Shown here: piece after piece, positions 1-12,830 of the stretch
Layout: the number at the start of each line of letters is the position of its first letter
Numbering within the stretch: position 1 is the stretch's first letter
Made by a program: the position numbers and the translations under genes
The notes under the pieces: model-generated
Told to the model about the DNA's origin: nothing
The model's input: only the letters and a program-made list of their open reading frames with translations
The model's database searches: none
Assembly: GCA_964016885.1 (NCBI GenBank)
Contig: OZ024743.1
Coordinates: 12,586,001 to 12,650,000, forward strand
Length of the DNA stretch: 64,000 bases
Source: Eledone cirrhosa
Taxonomy: Eukaryota
Direction: 5' to 3'

Positions 1-1273
1 TGTGTAATGTTGTGGGTGCTGAACGTGTCTTACTCTAGCTCTGAAGCCAGAACACTGGTGTTATAGGTCTGTAAGCTGACCAAACCATTTAAAGTGTTGT
101 TGACTATGAATCAGATGATAGACACGACACAAACTAATGTTTTCCTTTCTGATCTAGTCCCTTCTGTTTATATATATATAACTGAAACTGCCTTGCTAAC
201 AACAATCTATAACGCCCTCCCTATCTCTTACAGCAAACACAACCTTAAAGGAATTAAATAAAAAGTGTAAGAGAGAGAGAGAGAGAGAGTGGGGTGGGGG
301 TGGGGGGTTATGGTAGGTAGACGAGCGTATTGTCTGGTCTACCATCTATAATCACTTCTTAATAGTATTTCAATGGTCGTGTAAAGTCACCTCAATATAT
401 ATCGGCTGGTATCAGCGCTGAGCAAGGGAACCTCTCGACATGTTGAAAATCGCATACAAGTTTCCCCAAATCACACTTAAATAAAGAACATATTGAATAG
501 TGAAATCCCTGATATATAATTTTACGGGATGGTCATGAGTGGAACTTTTTTTTATCACCGGCCTAATTGATTAGGGTTAATCTGAGATGAAACAATAATA
601 ACCAAGTTTACTTCGAGTCAACGAAGGAAGTCCTCTGAGCGGCTACATGATCCACGAGATATTAATCTCACTTAGAATTGACAAATGCTCACTTAGAATT
701 ATAGATAGTGTATTTAGAAAGCATACACCTCTTTTAGACTTAGAATGACATTATTACCCGTTAAAAGAGCATGTCTAATATACATTGCATATGATATGCA
801 AAGTATTATACACACATTCAATACTTATATACATAAATAAACTTACCAAATCAATTCCCTTTGTATTCAAATCAATGACCTGGAAGTAAAATTGAAGCAT
901 AAATTAAACAAGAATAATGGTTGGTACTATGGTTCAAATATCAAATGAAGATGAAACTTGAAATTATATCAAAATATGAATATATATATATATATATATA
1001 TAAATTTGAGTTCGAGCTTACTTCGTGACAGCTTCGGCACATATCTTGTGTTATGAGCTTTATGAGTGAAATTTAGTAGATGAAAACTTTGAAAAAGCCC
1101 TCACACATATGTACAGGCAGGAGAAGAGTGGACCTAATAGGCCAGTTGGCCTTCATCTATGAATTTGTTGGGTTTGTTTGTCTCAAATCCCAGTTTTTTT
1201 ATGCTGTCATGTTACTTTTTAGTATATGATGTACACTCTATCTCACTCTTTCACATACTATCTCTCTCTCTCC

Positions 1274-1361
<88 letters not shown>

Positions 1362-1667
1362 ATAGTTGTCCCCGGTATTCGCGGGGGTTACGTTCCTAAA
1401 GCACCTACGAAGTGCGAAAACCAGCGAATATTGGACGTGGTCCATAAAAATGTCTATAAATGTCAAATATAGGCCGGCAATACGGCATATTGTTATCGAT
1501 AATTTAGCGTAAACTATATATATATTACCACGAAAAAAGCCATAAAAAAATCGTGGAAGATATTTACGATTCCGCGAATATGCGGTGGTTTCCACGAACA
1601 ATAATTAGTTTGGTTCTTAGGAAAATTCCGCGAATAACCGGGACCGCAAATGCCGGGGATACACTGT
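1362..1667. mobile_element. pogo/Tigger-like MITE (Tc1/mariner superfamily)
   Basis: Imperfect TIRs: left (t)agttgtccccggtattcgcgg versus right reverse complement cagtgtatccccggcatttgcgg; flanked by TA; no ORF. Confidence 0.6.
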
Positions 1668-1835
1668 ATATATATATATATATTGGACTTCCAATCTTTT
1701 GTGAGGCGAAACCGTCGGTAAAAGCAATATGGATAGGTAAATATTTAAATTATATTTTTTGAATTTATTTTGAAAGATTGTTTGAATTTTGCTTGTCCCG
1801 CTTATCTCAATTTTATAGTTCTGGTATGTCAAATT

Positions 1836-2013
1836 AATTGTTTCTACTTTTGGCACAAGGCCAGCAATTTCCCAGTGTATTACTGGTACTTTATTTTATC
1901 GACCCCGTAAGGATGAAAGGCAAAGTTAACCTCGGCGGGATTTGAACTCAGAATGGCAAGGGCCGTAACTCTATGCGTCAAAGCATGGCGTCCGACCCTC
2001 TACCGATACTGCC
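1836..2013 (-). mobile_element. tRNA-derived SINE (family A)
   Basis: Minus strand reads tggcagtatcggtag (box A) ... gagttcaaatccc (box B), then the core gccgaggttaactttgcctttcatccttacggggtcgataaaataaagtaccag; many copies in the window. Confidence 0.85.
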
Positions 2014-2325
2014 AAGTCAAATTAATACCATTGAACAACAACTGTATCATAGACACCCTATATATTTCAGAGGGTACTTAGTACCTGTGGGGATATTGAT
2101 CTCATTTTATGTATATTTTCCTATGTGTAGAGAAAAAAATCCGTCGCTTACCTAGCTGCTACTTTTAGTGGTGTGGCAGAAAACACGTCTATGCAACTAC
2201 TCCCGCTTCTACTAACGACCTGTTCACGTGTAGGTCACGTTTACGGCCCCATTCGATCCTGCACTAGCTGGCTGAAGGCAATATATTTACTGGGTGTGGG
2301 ACTTTATGCCCTATGTAAGGGAAAA

Positions 2326-2406
2326 TGCTTTCTGAAGAGCCGAACTTTCCATTGGAAGTCCCTTGGACTTCCAATCTTTTGTGAGGCGAAACCGTCGATA
2401 AAAGCA
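2326..2406 (+). ncRNA. type I hammerhead ribozyme with extended stem II
   Basis: tgcttt-CTGAAGA-gcc...ggc-GAAA-ccgtcg-ATA-aaagca; stem I tgcttt/aaagca; internal hairpin attggaagtcc/ggacttccaat. Confidence 0.75.
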
Positions 2407-2488
2407 ATATGGATAGGTAAATATTTAAATTATATATTTTGAATTTATTTTGAAAGATTGTGTGAATTTTGCTTGTCCCGCTTATCTC

Positions 2489-2556
<68 letters not shown>

Positions 2557-2999
2557 GAATAATCGAGTATCAAAAAATCGGCGCACGAGTTCACGATAAA
2601 CAAAATTCGATATGAGCGGCAGAGGGCTCAATAATTCAGATAAATCAGAGCTATAACTATCGTTAAAATACCGTCACACATAGAATATGTCTACAATCAA
2701 CCATACGACCGAAAAATTGCGATATGGAAGATTCGGGACACTCAGATAAAATATCAATAAATCAATACATCAAATGAATGTAAAAAGCTTTTGATGTTGT
2801 AGACGCTCTTGTGTTCTTTATCATATATACGGCTCTGCTCCAAAGCATAGAGCTAATTATTATGCTGCCAATACCTTAATGGGACACGGGTATACAATAC
2901 CTAACTCCTATTAACCTAAGTATTTCTACGGCCCCCCCGGTTGAGCTAAATCCTTATAACCTGTCCACCTTGTGTGTATGATTATAATTGATTGGCAGC

Positions 3000-5535
3000 A
3001 TGCTAACTAAAGACTACCTACCTATATCACTCGAGAATATCCCAACCCCACCCAGGACTACTTATGAGAAATTACTGATAGCTAGTTTCAACTCCTTCGT
3101 TAAGCGTATTAGATGGCCCACTTTCCACTTCGATAAGAGAAATAAGAAATCAACCACGGTGTCCCCCAATAATAAATTCGGTTTAAAAAGGAGCCCGCCC
3201 CATAACTCCATGCTAGATGGATTTGAGAATGACCTCCTATCACTAGTAAGGAATATTAAGTTTAAAAACCCCCATGGGAATAGCAACAAATTCCGGATGA
3301 AACTGGAAACCTTAGTTAAGGGCTTTAACGATAAAAGAGATATCCTGGTCACCTCGGATAAAACCAGAAATATTTATAGCTTAAATTATGATACGTATCG
3401 CAGGTTTATATACAATGAATTAAATAGAAACTATAAAAAGACAACAAGCGCAAACTTAGATGAAATTAATAAGGAAGCATGCGCCATAGTGGATAAACTA
3501 GGCCTGGAAAAGTATACCCAACCAAATACCCCTAGGCAACCCAGGTTCACCCTTAAAGACCATAAGGCTGACTTCATTAGTAAACCCTCTGTTAGATTAA
3601 TTAGCCCATCGAAGTCAGATATAGGAATTATCAGTAAGAAAATTTTAGACGGCGTTATACCCACCATCAGGAGGAAAATAAATCTAGAGCTATGGGAGAA
3701 TACGGAAGAGGTTTTGAAATGGTTCTCAAGCCTTAGCAACCATAAATCCCTTAAATTTATACAATTCGACATCGATGCGTACTACACCTCAATCTCCCCC
3801 ATACTCCTTAATAAGGCCCTAATCATGGCCATGCAGAAAAGTGACCTCACTAGGTCTCAAATTAATATCATTCTTGCGGCCCGGAAAACGATAATCACAT
3901 TTGAGGACGAATTGTGGACTCGCAAGAATACGCCCAATAACTTCGACATCACAATGGGATCTAGTGACTCCGCACAAGTAACGGACCTGGTAGGATTGTA
4001 CCTCTTAAAGGAGTTACATGAGACATTACCGCACTTGAAGGGCGGCTTATACCGTGATGACGCCCTCCTCACTCTCGAGTATAAAAAGTGCAATATAGAA
4101 AGAACTAGGAAACAGTTACGTAGGTTCTTTAAAAACTTTAATCTAAGTATTACCATAGATGCAAATGACAAAACAGTAAACTTCCTAGACGCCACTCTTG
4201 ACCTAGAAACTAAAACATTTGCACCCTACCATAAACCTAACGATAGACTAACATATGTAAACGCCAGCTCCAACCACCCCAAATCAGTCCTAAACGCTAT
4301 TCCCAAAGGGGTCTCTAATAGAATTAGCAGACTGTCCTGTAATGAGAGTATCTTCAACTCCAATGCAGAGTATTATGACAAGGCCCTAGCAGAATCTGGT
4401 TACGGGAGTAGATTATAATATATACATAAGGACTCCCAAACCATGAGTGTGAAACCTACCAACATAATCACACATAGTATGGCCACAAAGCCTAACCAAC
4501 TTAGAGGCAAGAATAATAGTAAGAACCCTAATGGCTGTAACCCAGCTAAATGTAAACCACGTAAAGACAATACTAGAGTCCCTCACCACAACTCTAAAAC
4601 AGCAAATGATCACGCCATGAATATAAACCATCCGGGCTTAAGCAAAACAGACAACGCCACTAACGTTAATAACGGAACCCTACAAAATAGTACGCACAGT
4701 AGCGAGACTCACCCCACAGATAAGAAAAATAGAAGAAGGAAAAACATGTATTTTAACCCACCTTTTAACTCTGAGGTCCTCACTAACCTCCCCAGAGTAT
4801 TCTTCTCATTATTAGAAAAAACTTCCCACCAGGCAATAGATATCGCAACATAATTAACAAAAACGTGATTAAATTATCCTATTCGACCACACCTAACCTC
4901 GCATCACACCTAGCACGCACGAACATTAGGAAAACTAGGGAAGGTTTCGAAGCAATTAAAATGGCAGTTAACCACCAGCAACCGACTACACTGGAAAATG
5001 GGCAACATAATAGCACCAATGAGCCATCTAATGATATAGAGGCACCTAGTGATAATGCTAGTAACCAAAGTTCGGGAGGTACGCTAACTAATCGAACCCG
5101 CAGTTGCAATTGTAGGCGGAGTAGTAATTGTCCCCTAAGGGGGGATTGCCTCATGAAAAACATCGTATATGCATGTGACGTAACTACACACAACTCTACC
5201 AAAACATATATATAGGAGCAACGTCCAATACATTTAAAACTAGATTTAACGCGCATATGTACACATTTAGACACGATAGACATAAGAATGCCACCTCACT
5301 GGCGGTATACATCTCCTTTTTAAAAAATAATAGTACCCCATACAAACTTTTTTGGAGGAAGCTTACTAGATCCACGCCATACCGACCGCAGAGCGGGAGT
5401 TGTGACCTGTGTTTACTGGAATGCCATGCCATAATACACTCTAAACTGAACCTGCTTAACAGGAAATCGGAAATTTTCTCCTCTTGCCAACACAAAATCC
5501 TGAGTTCTTTCTTCTATTTTAAACCTAGCACATAG
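3000..5535 (+). pseudogene. Penelope-like reverse transcriptase / GIY-YIG endonuclease polyprotein, disrupted
   Basis: Motifs SLENIP...KRIRW, DKT, FDIDAYY, MGS, YRDD, FLD, FNPPFN, CNC...CPLRGDCL, IVY...YIG, CDLCLLE, LLNRKSE...CQH; in-frame TAA at 4416 and frameshifts near 4820 and 5207. Confidence 0.9.
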
Positions 5536-5720
5536 ACGTAACATATATTACGCAACCCCCACCTAGACATACCCCTCCTTGACTATAGCTTCCCCCTCCC
5601 CCCAACCCGTAACCCAGATAGATAGGTAGCCAAAGGGTGGAACAGCCCCCTACAAGGTTGGTGTTTTTGTGTGTGTGTGTATGTGTGTGTATGTGTGTAT
5701 GTGTGTGTGTATTCTCCTTT

Positions 5721-5751
<31 letters not shown>

Positions 5752-7629
5752 AACATATGTATATGTGTGTGCGTACGTATGTGCATGCATGCATGCATAT
5801 GTGCGTGCATTGTATACATGTATATTGTATATATATATATATATGTATATTGTATGCATGTGTATTATATTGTGTGTATGTGTATATGTGATATGTATGT
5901 GTATATATGTATGTATGTGTATGTGTGTGTGTATGTGTATGTGTGTGTGTGTATGATGTGTGTATATGTGTATATGTATGTATATTTTTTCTGTAGAAGT
6001 CTTCTCTATATATGGTGCTTGGCATGAATTCCTCCTATAATACTCTTCTTTGAGAGGAGCACGATATGTAGAGTAACACATATGTATTGTCGAAGTTGAA
6101 ACTGAGAACCACCACCCTCCTGCTGACCCAAATGTTTACTGAGGACCAGAACACCATTCTCCGCAATATAAGAGAGGAATGCGCTTGCCGGACTATTGAT
6201 GACCATAACATCACATTCCAAGGTAATGGCAAAACACAGTGAATGCTAAACACGACCAGAACACCACAACGTGCACATCGGAGCAACAGAGATATAATAT
6301 CAATAAGCGAATCAATTGAATTTTTGAGTTGAAATACATATAAATATGTGTCTGTGTGTATCGGACACACGTACACATAAAGAAACTGCTGACCTAAATG
6401 TACCTGTCATGCCTGTCAGTTACTATCTTGACCGATTACCATCACAATTACTACGTAGCGGTTCTTGCACGTGACTGCTGGACCCGGATGAAACGAAGAC
6501 GAAGAATTTCCTTGCGTACCGTTTTGTACCACAGATGCGATCTCACTCTGCCTCGTTAATGTTCAATCGACACCAAAGTTCTACGTTCGGGGCAATAGAA
6601 TTGAATCCAACCACCGACAACATAGTTGGATGACCGATAATCACACCAAACCGGAGTACCGTGATCCTTGTGATTTCGAGATATACAACCACTGACACTG
6701 TTACGAAGACCAGAAAACCATACTCCATAATATTGAACCAAGTGATTGATTTGTGCGACCAAAATAACACCACACACATATTGAACTAGGAATATTGGAT
6801 CTTCCGTCAATGTCTGGGTGAGCAAAAATAGATTTCTATCTGCATTGGAATTTACGAACTTGTGCATCTGCTGTGGTGTCAAAAACAAACGCACATGACC
6901 GCACAGATAAACAATGGACTATGCCACGTGGCTTGAACCTGTAAGTGAATTGAAGGTTCTGTAACTCTGATATACAGATTATTTATTATTAAGATGTATA
7001 AACTTGACAAAACTATTATCATCTTATATTCTCTCAACTAATCACATTTGATCATATTTCTCTATCTCGTTTTCTTCCCCCATAATTATAATATTTTTAT
7101 TTGAAAAAATCGGTTTTTTTACATTGTGTTTTCCCCTTCAAATACTTGATTATATTTCTTTATATATTCTCTATATATTTTTTATATATATATATTTTTT
7201 ATCTTTATTCTTATTTTCACTTTTATCCTCCTTTATATTTTACCTTATTCTTACTTTTATACCTTATTATAGTGTAATCTTCCCCATCCCTTATTATACA
7301 TTATTAATTATAGATTATTATTATTACTCTTTTTCCATTTCTAATTACCTCATGTACTTTCTCCTCCCTTATATATATATTGTATGCCCTTTGTGTGTGT
7401 GTAGCCTCTGCACACCCTCTGCACCCTACTATCGACGCCACCCCATCTATGGTTCAGCTAACCACTCGACTCCCGGGAATGAATATGACTGCAGCTAGTA
7501 AACAGGGACCCACACCCCACCCTCCCGCACCAAAATTAGACTTATCGTCCCCTACTTTTGCTCTTTACTCTCTTTACTCTTTGTTCTTGAATGTTTGGTT
7601 GGTAGAGTCCATAACACCAATCAAACCCC

Positions 7630-7690
7630 TTTTATAGCTCTGACGAATCCTACGGTTACGTAAGGAAGAAACATTGTAAGCCAATAAAAA
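7630..7690 (+). ncRNA. minimal type I hammerhead ribozyme in the PLE pseudo-LTR
   Basis: gct-CTGACGA-a-tcctacg(gtta)cgtaagga-a-GAAA-catt-GTA-agc followed by AATAAA. Confidence 0.8.
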
Positions 7691-7724
7691 ATCTTTTGAT
7701 GTTGTAGACGCTCTTGTGTTCTTT

Positions 7725-7789
<65 letters not shown>

Positions 7790-9609
7790 CAAGAAAGAAG
7801 AGTGACATGGTTTGCTATACAATAAGGGCTTTATTCACATTGCTGACGATTGTTTCTCTGAACTGGTAGGTCTAGAGATCGCTACCCGCCTGTTTTTGCG
7901 TCAATCGATCACCAATACTTTGTTATTTATCAGAGCATGCGAGAATGAAGGAAATACACAGGCATGGCTTCTATATATAGTAGTAGCACTAAATCAGAAC
8001 AATAATAACAATACTCAAATAAATTAGCTAGATCGTAAATAGTTAAAATAATCACAACATCAATCTAAGTAAGAAATAGAGTATAGTGGGGGTGTACTAT
8101 TACGTGGTACACCCCCACTTTACTCAGCCCTCTTCCCCCCACACGTTTCATTATCCTATCCAACTCGACTACACGTGTCTTTCACCTTTCCCCACACACC
8201 AGCACTTGAACCCAACCTGTCATACATCCATAACATCGAACTTGACATTCTCTCCCCACCTCCTGTCACCCATGATATATTTAACATCTTCTTTATCTTC
8301 CCTTTTCTCCCCCTCATCTCTTCCATTAGTGTAGCGAGGGCCCTTTAGTTGCATCTCCGACCAGCAACACTCCTAGGGCTTTTACCGCAATAAAACGCCT
8401 CCAAGATACTCTGAAAATGATTTTCAGCCATAGAAACATTGCAAAAAAAAAAAAAAAAAGTGCTGGAAGGACCCCCCTCCCCCCAGTCACACCATAACAA
8501 CCTTTCTAGTGATGGTTCCACGAAATTGCAGCCAATACACCCTCTAAATTGGTAAGTGATAGGAAGGGCCTCAGTTGTAGAAACCATTTCCAAAAGGTTC
8601 AAGAAACCATTCCCAAAAGGCTCAAGTTGTGCCACGGGCACGACAACCCCTCTCATGTTAGTGATAGGAAGGGTATCCAGCTGTAGAAAACGAGCAAAAC
8701 AAAGGGCCAGGATGGCTTTTCTGCTATGTCAAATACACAACTTCACTAGAACTGGTGCCACGATAAAATATCTCCGGTGTATTCAGTACAGTACGGGAAC
8801 CTATGTAAGCAAGCATCAAGCTCATATAAAGTTATTTCAAATTGTCTCAAGAGTATCATCAGGTTTATCCGTAATTGTTCCGAGAATAAAATAGAAAAGA
8901 ACACACGCGCGCACGCGCTCATCCAGAGCTATATATACAGCCAAACGTTTATTTCTCTCTTCTTGTTTATTATACGAAATATTTATATAAATAAAATTTG
9001 TTTAATCTTAATAAATAAACATATAATCCCACACACCAGATACACTCGCTCACTCTGTAGTAAAAAACACCCGAAGCAACCGCATCAACAGCAACATCAA
9101 CTGCAGCGACAGTAGCAACAACATCAGCAGAATATAAAGATATTATAAGCGAGAGGTGTCAGCTGTCTTAACCAATTCCACTTATGTAAAGCACAAACTT
9201 CATATACACCTCTATTACGCATGCGCATACAGACACATACAGATACACACATACAGGTATATATATACTGTATATATTGAACATAAATTACTCCCCTTTG
9301 TCTCTCTCTTTAATCATCTTTCATCTGTTTTTTCAAGCCACCTACTAAACATATTATCACATCACCTGTTTCTTCTTCTATGCTTTTATTTCCCTCCTCT
9401 TTCTCCAGTAGTTTGTAAAAAAAAACATTTATAACTGTTATATTGATGCCATATATTTCTTAAACTCTATTACACGCACCCTCTCTATTGTTTGTATTAT
9501 GTTATCTCATCTTCTCAATATTACGGTATAAATATTGAGTTTTGTCATAAGTTAATCACTACCATGACTAAATCTTAACCATCTACTATGTCAGGGTATG
9601 TCATGTATC

Positions 9610-9680
9610 ATTTTATTTTATCTGATGAGGATGTACTGTTGAACTTAACTCAGTACCTCTGAAAAAGGTATAATAAAATA
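9610..9680 (+). ncRNA. hammerhead-like motif, degenerate
   Basis: CTGATGA-ggatgtactg...cagtacctct-GAAA-aag-GTA-taataaa; stem II good, stems I and III imperfect. Confidence 0.5.
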
Positions 9681-9836
9681 TAATTGATCACAAGAATATC
9701 TATTTTGTTAATATTTTGAATTAATATTATATATATATATATATATATGTATGTATATGTATGTATATATATGTATATATATATCAAAGGTATATATTGA
9801 GTTAGAAACTCAAAATAGTCTCTTACAATAAAATAG

Positions 9837-9877
<41 letters not shown>

Positions 9878-10344
9878 ATGTGTGTGTGTGTGTGTACGTG
9901 AGTGAATATCATTAATATTCAATTCGTTTGCAAGTAAACAACCTCAAAACACCATAAATGTTTTCTAGATGACTGACGCCATCCTTTTGCTCCAGCGGTA
10001 GCGGAGAGAAAATAGTCGACAATTGTTTCGGAGTTATTGTCCCTTATCAAGACTATATATCCTCTCGTTACTGTTAGCCGCTGGAGCCGCTGAGAATACA
10101 TAGCACATATTTCAGTATGCTATTCTGTACGTGAATTTGATATTGAGTATGAAAAGTGTGGATGAATACCAACATCTGCTTGTTATTGGCGCAATAGGCA
10201 GAGTGACTATATTAATAAATCTATCCATAGAGTCGAGCTGATTGTAATCGATTAAAGCTCCGAGAGGGTCATTTGCGAAGGACATGTTACGCGGGATTAC
10301 AAATAAGATATGTTGAACAGAAGCTTCGATCTCACTTTCTTTCT

Positions 10345-10436
<92 letters not shown>

Positions 10437-11115
10437 CACACACATTTGAGCACACAGAACATGGACAGACAATAAAAAAAATCACGAATATATCCCTTAC
10501 TTCTCAGCTAACTACTGGATAAATAAATATATATATATATATTAATAAAAACAATGAAATAAAAACAAAGAACAAGTTCCTTATATTAAAAATTCATCAT
10601 TTTATGATCGTTTCAGGGATGTATATGTGTGTTGGTATGTATATCATATAGATCTATGTAAAAGTATTACAAATTATCAGAGGAAATATACATACCTTCA
10701 CATATACAAGCCGTCCTCAGAAATGATGAGATGTGTTTATTGAAAAAAACAAACAAAGATTTAATATAAAAGGTCTGTTTGGGAACAGGTTTTGAATTGA
10801 CCAATAGAAAAGTAGATAGAGGTCAAGTTGATAGAATAGTAGTAGTAGAAATTTAATTTAGGGGTAGAGGAGTGCAGACTTATGTTTTGAATGAAAAATA
10901 ATACTTTGGGGATGAAAAGAGGTCAAGCCAAGGAGATAGTGAAAGGTACACGAAAATTTGATGTTATTAAAGAATAATGTTAAAAACGAATGAAAATAAA
11001 ATTTTAGGGTAAGGGTATTAGTGAGAGATACCAATCTTATTTAAAGCACAAGGAATCTAGATATATAACAAGAAATTAAATTAATTGATAGGTATACTTA
11101 TAGTGGTAGATTTAT

Positions 11116-11196
<81 letters not shown>

Positions 11197-12639
11197 CGTG
11201 TGTGTGTGTGTGTGTGTGTTAGGTAATTCCGAAAGAAAAAGAGTGCTCTATTGCTCTATGTATAGAACAGAGTTATTTAATTATAACATATATAACATCT
11301 CTGTCTGACGACCGATCCAGACGTATATTATTATTGTCTGGGATTCAGAAACTTTTGGTAATGGAGTAGTTATATTTTGTGTTGTTAACTTTCTAATTAA
11401 ATATATATATATATATATAGTTATATGTATGTGTGTGTGTGTATGTGAACACATGTGTATACATGTGTGCATGTGTGTGTATATATATATATCTGTATAT
11501 ATATGTGTATGTGTATGCGTAAGTGTATGTGTGTGTCTATATGTATGTGTATGTATGTGTGTATATGTGTACGTCTACATATATGTATATGGGTGAATCT
11601 GACTGTATGTGTAGGTGAGCTCATGTATGTGCAGGTATGTGTATATGTGCGTGTATATCTGTGTGTTGTCTGTACATGTGTGTGTATATATATATATTCA
11701 TAAATACACATGAAGGCGAACTAGCCAGTTTTAGAATTCCCTTTTTCGGACTATATTACTGTGAGAGCCCTGGTTTTCTGTTGAGCTCTGCTGATGAATG
11801 ATATTCCAACCGTGACCATCTCCACTGAAAGTTTTCATGAAATAGTCTTTTAAGACTATACAGAGCATTTGATGTTATTCCAAATTGAAGGATAAGTGTT
11901 TCAAACTTTGTTTTATCATGAGTTAAAGGTCTATAGATTTTTCCATGGATTTTACTAAATTCTGTGGATGAATTTGTATCCTGATTCTCTTTTGAGATGA
12001 GTTTGAGTTATTTTTCCTAAATCTTTCGTTAACTACTTTTCCCATCTTGACGTTATAGTCGCATATATGTTATAGAATGCCGTTAGCTTCTTGCTAAAAC
12101 AATCTCTATACGTCTCATTTATATATATATATATATATATATATGTGTGAGTATACGTGTGTGTGAGTGTGTATGTGTATATTTTGTATACGTGAGTGTG
12201 AGTCCATGTGCCCATACCCATATGTGTGTATGGGTATATGTATGTGATGTATATATGTAAAACACCTCCTACATTACCTCTCACCTTCCCCCCATCTCTG
12301 TCATTCGCCACCCCCACCGATCCTCCCCCACTCTCCATATTCGTGTCCGCATGCGCGCACGCACATACATGTGTGTACATATACATATGGCTGTGTGTGA
12401 GCGTGTGTCGATATGTGTGGGCAAGGATGTGCGTGTGTGTTTTGTGGTGGGTGTGTTAATACAACAATATATGTGCACATATATACATATATGTGTGTGT
12501 GCGTATACGTATATACAAAGTATCAGTCAGACGAAGAGCGTCTAGCTATGTATCTGGGTAATGACCTTGACGCCACCAATACATCCACCACACCACCACA
12601 AACGCCGCTACCATAGACAACAGCACCACTACCACACCC

Positions 12640-12830
12640 CCACCAACACGCCAACCAGTCTACTGACAATCCACTAACCTCATACCACAGCCCATCCCAC
12701 TAAGCAACCATAACCACCCCCACCCACTAAGCAACCATAACCACCCCCACCCACACGCCAACCCGTCTACTGACAACCCACTAACCTCATACCACAGCCC
12801 ATCCCACTAAATAACCATAACCACCACCAT
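12640..12830 (+). repeat. C/A-rich imperfect tandem duplication
   Basis: gtctactgacaa.ccactaacctcataccacagcccatcccactaa occurs twice, plus a repeated cactaagcaaccataaccaccccc. Confidence 0.7.

Larger units (their letters stand above)
2781..7735 (+). mobile_element. Penelope-like retroelement, Naiad-type, near full length
   Basis: RT and GIY-YIG reading frames; ~45-nt direct repeat ttttgatgttgtagacgctcttgtgttctttatcatatata at ~2789 and ~7694 (pseudo-LTR); 3' hammerhead. Confidence 0.88.

Noticed and set aside
34-70. Possible 35-nt minus-strand micro-exon (TYNTSVLASEL)
   Set aside because: Weak acceptor and no recognisable protein similarity; cannot be distinguished from chance
3000-5535. Selenoprotein-type Naiad (in-frame UGA plus SECIS)
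   Set aside because: Conserved cysteines are TGY codons, the only in-frame stop seen is TAA, and no convincing SECIS was found
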